Shown in pieces: positions 24,837-31,256 of a stretch of 32,000 bases of DNA. The stretch comes from Acaryochloris marina MBIC11017 (GTDB taxonomy: Bacteria > Cyanobacteriota > Cyanobacteriia > Thermosynechococcales > Thermosynechococcaceae), in the NCBI RefSeq assembly GCF_000018105.1, contig NC_009925.1, forward strand, positions 5,040,001-5,072,000, read 5' to 3'. The notes beneath the pieces are model-generated. The model worked only from the letters and a program-made list of their open reading frames with translations, made no database searches and had not been told where the DNA came from. The stretch's first letter is position 1, and the number at the start of each line of letters is the position of its first letter. The position numbers and the translations under genes are program-made.

Positions 24837-26042
24837 ATGGCTTTCCCGAGCGATTTTAGCAATGTTGAAATTTGCAAGATTCATCCTGCAATTGGTATTG
24901 CTAGAGTATCTAATAATGACGATTTCTATATTTTCGGAAATGATCCAGGAAATTACAAATCAGGTGGCTTAATAAAGAGGCAGGCTGTTCAATTTAGAAT
25001 TTTTGTCTATGGAGAAAATAATGTCGGTCTTGGAGAGTTGACACCTCAGGTCATGAGTGATCTCGGTATTACAGCAATTTGGTCTGCTAAGGTAGCAAAT
25101 CGAAAGATTGCTAGATTGGAAGGTACCCCATTAAGCGGCAATGAGTTTGTCATCTCTGCTGAGGCCACATCAAACGATGCAAATAGTGGACAACTTGTTG
25201 GTTCGTTACCAGACTTTGATGAAGGCTCTGCAATACCTTTAGGCCAAATTACACGTGAAGGCGTGTTCATCCCTCCAAAAGGTGGTGTCTATAGGAAATC
25301 ATCTGGTGTTGAAATTGAGCCTTATCCTGCATTATCTGCACAAGTTGCTGACACAAGTTGTGATGGTTCAGTATCAGTGAACCTCACTATAGATGGGGCT
25401 GGACAAATTGAAGTTCTACCTGCATGTATCATAGTTGCTCCACAAGACTTCTCTCCTGATACAAATGAAGGATATACACTAAATGAATATCTAAAGGATG
25501 CTTTAGATATTCCACTGAAAAGAGAGTTGCCACCTGTTGACAATATACATAATCAGACTGCACGTGAAATTGATGAAGAAGCTCTTAAAACTGGAAGTGC
25601 TGATTTTGCTCCTGGATATGAAGTTTCATTAGGTGGGCGTGGTGAAGTTTTAGATATTAGAAATCTTGTTTATAGAAGTCAAGATGATCCTAGGATTGAT
25701 CCTCGAGAAGTAAGAATTCTCTACAAGAATAAACAAAACAAGTTAGAGCCTCGTGGAGCAGTACCAGGACAGTTGACTAGTGGTTTATGTTCTTCATGGC
25801 AAGGTGATTTTACAGCTTGTGTGGGCTATTGGGTAGAACATTTGCCACCAAACGCCTTCTTGGATGAGGACGCTTCAACAGAAGTTCGTGTTTTCAGAAA
25901 GCAATATTCTGATACATCTTCATCAGCTGAAGAATTGCGAACAGGTGAAGAATTTAATATAGGAGTAGATAAAGTTGGTATCGTTCGTTTGAGAGAAAGT
26001 CGAAAAGTAGAAACAGAACGTGATCCAGGAGATGATATCTAA
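24837..26042 (+). CDS. Short LodA/GoxA-like protein (putative cysteine-tryptophylquinone oxidase)
   Basis: 401 aa with AGGAG 8 nt upstream. N-terminal blocks are CKIHPAIGIARVSN, IKRQAVQFRIFVYG, IWSAKVANRK, CDGSVSV and APQDFSPD. The C-terminal block is LCSSWQGDFTACVGYWVEHLPP. These match the LodA N-terminal domain and the WQADFxxC...YWWPP quinone-site region as I remember them. Confidence 0.7.
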   Translation: MAFPSDFSNVEICKIHPAIGIARVSNNDDFYIFGNDPGNYKSGGLIKRQAVQFRIFVYGENNVGLGELTPQVMSDLGITAIWSAKVANRKIARLEGTPLSGNEFVISAEATSNDANSGQLVGSLPDFDEGSAIPLGQITREGVFIPPKGGVYRKSSGVEIEPYPALSAQVADTSCDGSVSVNLTIDGAGQIEVLPACIIVAPQDFSPDTNEGYTLNEYLKDALDIPLKRELPPVDNIHNQTAREIDEEALKTGSADFAPGYEVSLGGRGEVLDIRNLVYRSQDDPRIDPREVRILYKNKQNKLEPRGAVPGQLTSGLCSSWQGDFTACVGYWVEHLPPNAFLDEDASTEVRVFRKQYSDTSSSAEELRTGEEFNIGVDKVGIVRLRESRKVETERDPGDDI

Positions 26043-26152
26043 GCTTAGAATCAATCAGTTGCTAATCCTTTACTGGAGAATCTTTCTTAGGCCATGGATA
26101 GGTGATTGCAACTGATTCTCCTTCGATACTAATCATTGATTGTAATCAGGCA

Positions 26153-27514
26153 ATGATACAAATCATGTCCCAATACTCCTCTAAGTTAAAGATGCCGAAT
26201 GTACATCTGTTTCGAGCAGAAGAGCATTCTATGCTGCTATCTATTGAGCAAGGTTCAATATATGAAATCGATGATATTTACGCTGAGATGCTCGATCGAT
26301 GGATGGAATTTGGTGAAGTAGAAAGAGTGCATCAAGTATTATCGGCAAAGGGAATACATCTGAATTCAGTTCCTCCTGAGGCTCCACCTAAATCTATTCC
26401 AATTCATGCACTCTCTCTAGCCATAGCTCAAAAATGTAATCTTGGTTGCACCTACTGCTATGCCCATCAAGGTAGCTTTGGTGGCAATGAAGGTAGTATG
26501 TCTTTTGAGGTCGCGAGGAATTCTATTGATCTCTTGTTGAAAGGAACAGAATCTGGAGAAACAGTTTCCTTAGCCTATTTAGGAGGAGAACCTTTAGCCA
26601 ATCGTTCTGTTTTGCAGAAAACAACAGAATACACTATTGCCAAAGCTTCTTCAGTGGGAATTAAGACAAACTTCTCATTGACAACGAATGGAACATTGTT
26701 GACTGTTGAAGATGCAGAGTTTTTTAATAATCATGGCTTTTCTGTCACGATTAGCATTGATGGAAATCAAGAAAAACATGATTTCCTAAGACCATTTAAA
26801 TCAGGAAAGGGAAGTTACAAAACGGTCATAGAAAAAGTAAAACTTTTATTAGATATTCCTCACCGACGTTGTCGAGTATCCGCAAGAGTTACAGTGACAC
26901 CTGAAAACTTGTGTTTGGAAGAGACTCTGGACAAACTCGTTTCACTCGGCTTTGATAATGTCATGTTCTCTCCAGTTCTGAAATCACCAACTGGCCTACA
27001 TCAAATGGGAGAATTTGAATTTGAAGTGCTGCTAAATCAAATGATAGAGTGTGGCCAAAAATTTGAGCAGAATTTTGAAGATCACAAGATCTATCCCTTT
27101 GCAAATATACTGAACACGCTTCAACGAATACATCATTATAGATGTGACGCTTACCCCTGTGGCGCAGGAGGAGCCTATTTGGGTGTTTCTTCAAAGGGAG
27201 ACTTGTATGCTTGTCATCGATTTGTTGATGATGCTCAAGGTTCAATGGGAAATATCGTAGATGGTGTTGATCCTGCTAAGCAAGAGAATTGGCTGGCGGC
27301 CAGAAATGTGCATACTCAGGAACCATGCAAGGCTTGCTGGGCACGATACTTGTGTGGAGGCGGTTGTCATCATGAATCAATTTACAGAGGTCGACCTGCC
27401 TGCGATTACATTCGCGGTTGGTTGCATTACTGTTTAGGCGTATATGTCAAGCTTCTTAAGATTAATCCTTCACTCCTGGATCAGATTTTGAACAACCAAT
27501 CTGTTTCTGGATAG
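26153..27514 (+). CDS. Radical SAM / SPASM-domain enzyme (anSME/QhpD-like maturase)
   Basis: CNLGCTYC (CxxxCxxC, nt 26435-26458), GGEPL, and a SPASM-type Cys cluster: CDAYPCGAGG...YACHRF...CKACWARYLCGGGCHH. The ORF is open from GTG 26102. The first ATGs are at 26153 and about 26192, so the start is uncertain. Confidence 0.9.
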   Translation: MIQIMSQYSSKLKMPNVHLFRAEEHSMLLSIEQGSIYEIDDIYAEMLDRWMEFGEVERVHQVLSAKGIHLNSVPPEAPPKSIPIHALSLAIAQKCNLGCTYCYAHQGSFGGNEGSMSFEVARNSIDLLLKGTESGETVSLAYLGGEPLANRSVLQKTTEYTIAKASSVGIKTNFSLTTNGTLLTVEDAEFFNNHGFSVTISIDGNQEKHDFLRPFKSGKGSYKTVIEKVKLLLDIPHRRCRVSARVTVTPENLCLEETLDKLVSLGFDNVMFSPVLKSPTGLHQMGEFEFEVLLNQMIECGQKFEQNFEDHKIYPFANILNTLQRIHHYRCDAYPCGAGGAYLGVSSKGDLYACHRFVDDAQGSMGNIVDGVDPAKQENWLAARNVHTQEPCKACWARYLCGGGCHHESIYRGRPACDYIRGWLHYCLGVYVKLLKINPSLLDQILNNQSVSG

Positions 27515-27522
27515 CTATCGAA

Positions 27523-28944
27523 ATGGGAACCAAGGACCAAACCACTTTTGATGTCTGTGTGATCGGTGGTGGTCCTGCAGGCTCAGTAGTATCCCATCGT
27601 TTGGCATCGTTAGGATATAAAGTATGCATAATTGAATCCCAAAAGTTCCCTCGACCTAACCATATTGGGGCTTCACTACTTCCCAGTACTTTGCCTTTAT
27701 TAGATTGTATAGGAGTACGAGAGTCTGTTGAAAATACGGGATTTCTCCTCCACGAGCGCACAATTGTTTGGTGGTCAGAGACTTTTCCTATATATAAAAA
27801 TCAACATGAGCAGCCTGGATTCCATGTGGATCGTGGCCAATTCGATCAATTACTTTTGCAGAATGCCAAAGAGAATGGAGTTGAAGTCCATCAACCAGCT
27901 CATGCATTTCGTCCGGAAAGGATCAAGACTCAGAAATGGCAGATTCGCATCCGTCAAGATGGAATGCAAAGAACGATACTATCTAAAATAGTAGTTGATG
28001 CATCTGGTGGGCGAAGTCTAGTTCCCGGACGCCGGATTCTAGCATCAGCTCCTCTTCTAGCTTTGTATGCCTATTGGAAAGGCACAAATTTTCAGACAAT
28101 TGAAGCACGTATTGAAGCGGGAGAAAGTGAGTGGTTTTGGTATGCACCTTTAAGTCAGAACAAAGCAGTTACTGCAGTTTTTCTTGATCCCAGTTGCTTA
28201 TCTCTAAACTCAAAACAAGGAATTGAAAATATATATCACAAGTTACTGAATCGATTCAGATTGTTCCCTGCTAAATTTATCAAAGGTATTGAGGGTAAAG
28301 TAAAAATATGTGATGCATCAACTCGGTATGCAGAGAACCCTATAGGAGACAGCTTTATTCGAATTGGAGATGCCTGCTTATGTTTAGACCCATTATCTTC
28401 TCAAGGTATTCAGTCAGCAGTAGCTTCAGGCTTGCAAGCTGCAATTATCATCAATACTTTTCTCAAATATCCTGAAGATACAGAATTGGCAATTTCCTTT
28501 TATAATGCTCGCCAAAAAGAAAAAAGAAACGAATACATAACAAAAACGGCTAGTTTTTATCAACAAGTCGCTGCTGTTCGTAATAAACTATTTTGGCATC
28601 AGAGGGCTACTTTTCCTGAAGGTCAATTAGCTCCTATTCTTAAGACAAAAAGTTTCGATGGTAATTGTAAAATTCAACTATCAGATCATGCATATATGAA
28701 CTCTACACCCATAATCGAAGGAAATAGAATTATCTCTAAGCATGCTTTATATCATGATATGTTATCTCGTCCAATAGCATTTGTTGGTGGAGTGGAAATA
28801 GTACCTTTGTTGAGAAAAGTTAGTCCAGGGACAACAATACAAGATATCTTACAGGTTTGGTCGAAGAATTTGCCAGTTGAGCTTAGCTATAATATTATGG
28901 CTTGGCTTTGGATTCGTAAAATCATTGTTCCTTTTCATCTATGA
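27523..28944 (+). CDS. FAD-dependent oxidoreductase/monooxygenase (LodB/QhpG/halogenase-like fold)
   Basis: 473 aa. FDVCVIGGGPAGSVVSHRLASLGYKVCIIE (GxGxxG), KFPRPNHIGASLLP, EWFWYAPL and IRIGDACLCLDPLSSQGIQSA (GD...DP..S.G). The start is 8 nt after the radical-SAM stop. Confidence 0.85.
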   Translation: MGTKDQTTFDVCVIGGGPAGSVVSHRLASLGYKVCIIESQKFPRPNHIGASLLPSTLPLLDCIGVRESVENTGFLLHERTIVWWSETFPIYKNQHEQPGFHVDRGQFDQLLLQNAKENGVEVHQPAHAFRPERIKTQKWQIRIRQDGMQRTILSKIVVDASGGRSLVPGRRILASAPLLALYAYWKGTNFQTIEARIEAGESEWFWYAPLSQNKAVTAVFLDPSCLSLNSKQGIENIYHKLLNRFRLFPAKFIKGIEGKVKICDASTRYAENPIGDSFIRIGDACLCLDPLSSQGIQSAVASGLQAAIIINTFLKYPEDTELAISFYNARQKEKRNEYITKTASFYQQVAAVRNKLFWHQRATFPEGQLAPILKTKSFDGNCKIQLSDHAYMNSTPIIEGNRIISKHALYHDMLSRPIAFVGGVEIVPLLRKVSPGTTIQDILQVWSKNLPVELSYNIMAWLWIRKIIVPFHL

Positions 28945-29010
28945 TTGATACTCGATTCTCAGAGTTGATTTCTCAACAGAAACTAAAGTTACTGATTGAT
29001 GCGTAAGTAG

Positions 29011-29109
29011 TCAAATAAAATAGCCATAAATCATGGCTTCACTCGTTTCTGGATAGAGTTCGTAATCCTTCCCCAAACGACGATAGCGATTCAGGCAACT
29101 AAAGGTCGT
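29011..29109 (-). pseudogene. IS5-family transposase C-terminal remnant
   Basis: My own translation of the minus strand is TTFSCLNRYRRLGKDYELYPETSEAMIYGYFI*. This is the conserved C-terminus of IS5-group transposases (..W..R.RRL.KDYE..PETSEAMIY..). A TGA lies directly upstream, so only about 32 codons survive. Confidence 0.55.
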
Positions 29110-29184
29110 GCATCAAAAAAATGTGGGATCTCGATTTACAAAGGGTTTCAGTCTTTTTGGAGTATCTCCTGTAAGCCTTTAGTG

Positions 29185-29832
29185 TTAGATGCCTGAGCGA
29201 TTGTTACAGATTTTTTCACACTTTTCTAATGCACAACCGATAGACTCCATGCAACCCACCTGCGCTAGGGCTGTATAGTCTGCTGGGGGCAGTTGGTTCT
29301 TGAATCTAGCTAACACTTTTTCTGGATCACCCTTGAGTGACTGTGCCAGGAAGGATTGCCAAAGTTGGTAGAGTATCGGCACTCTCTTCATAAAGAAGAA
29401 CATTATGCGGCTCATTGGGGAAAGATCTTCAGCAAGATCCATCTGCCATGCCCCAGAAACAATAACAGCAGAATGGAGTCTTTCAGGCATCTTGGCGACA
29501 CAGACTGCGACATATCCACTGCCGCCAGACATACCCAAAACAGAAAATTTATCTAAATTGAGTGCATTGGCAAGACACTCTATATCATTGACCCAGTCGG
29601 AGAATCCTCGGTGCGGTTGAAAATCAGATTGCCCAAGCCCAGGACGATCGGGGGCAATCAGCCTCATCCCAGCTCGCTGAATGTTCTCATTGCCTAATAC
29701 CAATGGCTCTAAGCGACAGGAGGGAGAACCATGAAAATAGAAAACGGGATATCCCTGAGGATCACCATATTCAGCGTAGGCTAACTGTCGCTGATCCGGC
29801 AGGGTGAGAAAAGTGGTAATTTCCATGGTCAT
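29185..29832 (-). pseudogene. Alpha/beta hydrolase, N-terminal 215 codons (truncated; decayed continuation to about 29112)
   Basis: VFYFHGSPSCR (oxyanion HG) and VLGMSGGSGY (GxSxG nucleophile elbow) are present, but there is no Asp/His segment. After an A6 run (plus-strand T6 at 29211-29216) the +1 frame continues SVTIAQASNTKGLQEILQKD*NPL*IEIPHFF, which is hydrolase-like with two stops. The missing C-terminus is the fragment at 22953..23129. Confidence 0.75.
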
Positions 29833-29865
29833 TTCTCCCCAATAGGCGTTCTGGCTAGAGGCCGT

Positions 29866-30804
29866 TCAATCTTCTGCTGAAGGTTGGTAACACGCTTGGA
29901 TTTGCTGTTTAACGTGATGGGCGCACTTTTGAAAAGCCAGGATTTCTTCGGCATTGAGTTGGGTTTTTATCCGACGATGCACCCCGTCTCGGCCCACGAT
30001 ACAAGGAACGCTAAGACAGCAATCTGATACATCACAATACCCGTCAATCAAAACACTAACAGGTAGGGTATGTCGCAGATCCTCGACGATGCTAAACACA
30101 ATCATCTCTACGGCCAACGCTACGGTGTAGTTGGTATAGCCTTTGGCTTGGAAGATGGTCCAGGCAGACCGCTTGGCATCTTCGACCATCTGTTGGCGTA
30201 AGGGGTTGGCATCAATTAATTCACCCCCGATCATGGCGGAACTGAGGGCGGCAAACTGGCTGTCCCCATGCTCTCCCAGAATATAGGCGTTGATATCAGA
30301 GGAATGGATACCCAACTGGGCAGATAACAGATCCCGAAACCGGGCAGAGTCTATCAATGTGCCGGTACCGATGACGCGTTGCCAAGGGTTGAGATGGGTG
30401 TGCTGCCTGATAATTTGCAGAATTTCGTAGTTTAGGGCGTCAACGGGGTTGCTGATATTGATAAAGATGGCATTCGGACTGTGTTGGAGAAGAGGCGGGA
30501 TTAAGGTGTTCATGATCTGAATGTTCTTCGCCAGCAAGGCACTGCGGGCCTGCATCTGCTTGGGCATAGGAGCACTCGCAGCAATGACGATAATGTCGGA
30601 CCCAGCGGTGTCCTCAAGATCGCCATCCCGAACCATTAGCCGATAGGGCGTCAGTGCGACGGCTTGCTGAATATCAATGGCCTCGGCATGGGCAATCTCC
30701 CTAGTGCGGTTATAGAGAACTAACTCGGAGGCTAACCCTTCTTTCGCCAGGATAAAGCTGATGGTTGAACCTACTTTGCCAATGCCGATTATAGAAATTT
30801 TCAT
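29866..30804 (-). CDS. Lactate/malate dehydrogenase-family protein
   Basis: 312 aa. MKISIIGIGKVGSTISF (Rossmann), INISNPVD and LGEHGDSQF (catalytic His) are LDH/MDH family blocks. Substrate not assignable. Confidence 0.8.
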   Translation of the reverse strand: MKISIIGIGKVGSTISFILAKEGLASELVLYNRTREIAHAEAIDIQQAVALTPYRLMVRDGDLEDTAGSDIIVIAASAPMPKQMQARSALLAKNIQIMNTLIPPLLQHSPNAIFINISNPVDALNYEILQIIRQHTHLNPWQRVIGTGTLIDSARFRDLLSAQLGIHSSDINAYILGEHGDSQFAALSSAMIGGELIDANPLRQQMVEDAKRSAWTIFQAKGYTNYTVALAVEMIVFSIVEDLRHTLPVSVLIDGYCDVSDCCLSVPCIVGRDGVHRRIKTQLNAEEILAFQKCAHHVKQQIQACYQPSAED

Positions 30805-31256
30805 ATTACGACGCTGGGATGGAAATGGATTGTATATCTGCTTGATTCGTTAACTGCATAATTCTTCAATGGGAAGATGATGAATTGATAGAGGGGATCG
30901 AAGCGGGCATGATTGTCTCTATAACGTTGACGACAATTGCACTTATTGCGGGGGCTCAAAATCTGCACTGGGTCAGTCGTTCAGATAGGGTGAATCCTCT
31001 TAATTATGACAATCGCTGCTGCTGGCGTGTCTGAGAAATGATCAAACTGTGACCTCGGCATTGAAGAAGCCTAGCCTACCTTCGATTTGAGAAACCATCT
31101 GAGATGAACAGCTAGATCGTAATTCGGAGAAAAAGTCTCTGGCATCAGAGTCATTCAGACCAAAAATTAAATATTTTTCTGGCGCTTTCCTTCTCTATTG
31201 AAAGATTGCTTGGCTTCTCAGTGGTTCGTTTACCGTCTGAAGTTTTTAGGTAAGCA

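Noticed and set aside
23703-25543. ORFs 23703..24062(-), 24206..24589(+), 24591..24785(-), 25046..25270(-) and 25322..25543(-) inside the island
   Set aside because: All overlap the motif-supported ORF1 and ORF2 frames. The 24206 frame owes its Lys run to the (GAA)5 tract that encodes EEEEE in the real frame.
27523-28944. Calling ORF4 a flavin-dependent tryptophan halogenase on the basis of WFWYAPL
   Set aside because: Similar W.W..P segments occur in non-halogenating members of the fold, and I could not find the catalytic Lys by eye. I kept it as a generic LodB/QhpG-like flavoprotein pending a proper alignment.
23129-29116. Pentamer ATCAA present at both island edges (23129-23133 and 29112-29116) as a target-site duplication
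   Set aside because: It is too short to be meaningful. Joining the hydrolase fragments across it does not restore the frame, and the right junction is a secondary deletion through an IS5 copy.
30909-31034. 41-codon hydrophobic ORF (MIVSITLTTIALIAGAQNLHW...) in the ldh/CMAS divergent intergenic region
   Set aside because: There is no clear ribosome-binding site or family resemblance, so I cannot distinguish it from chance.
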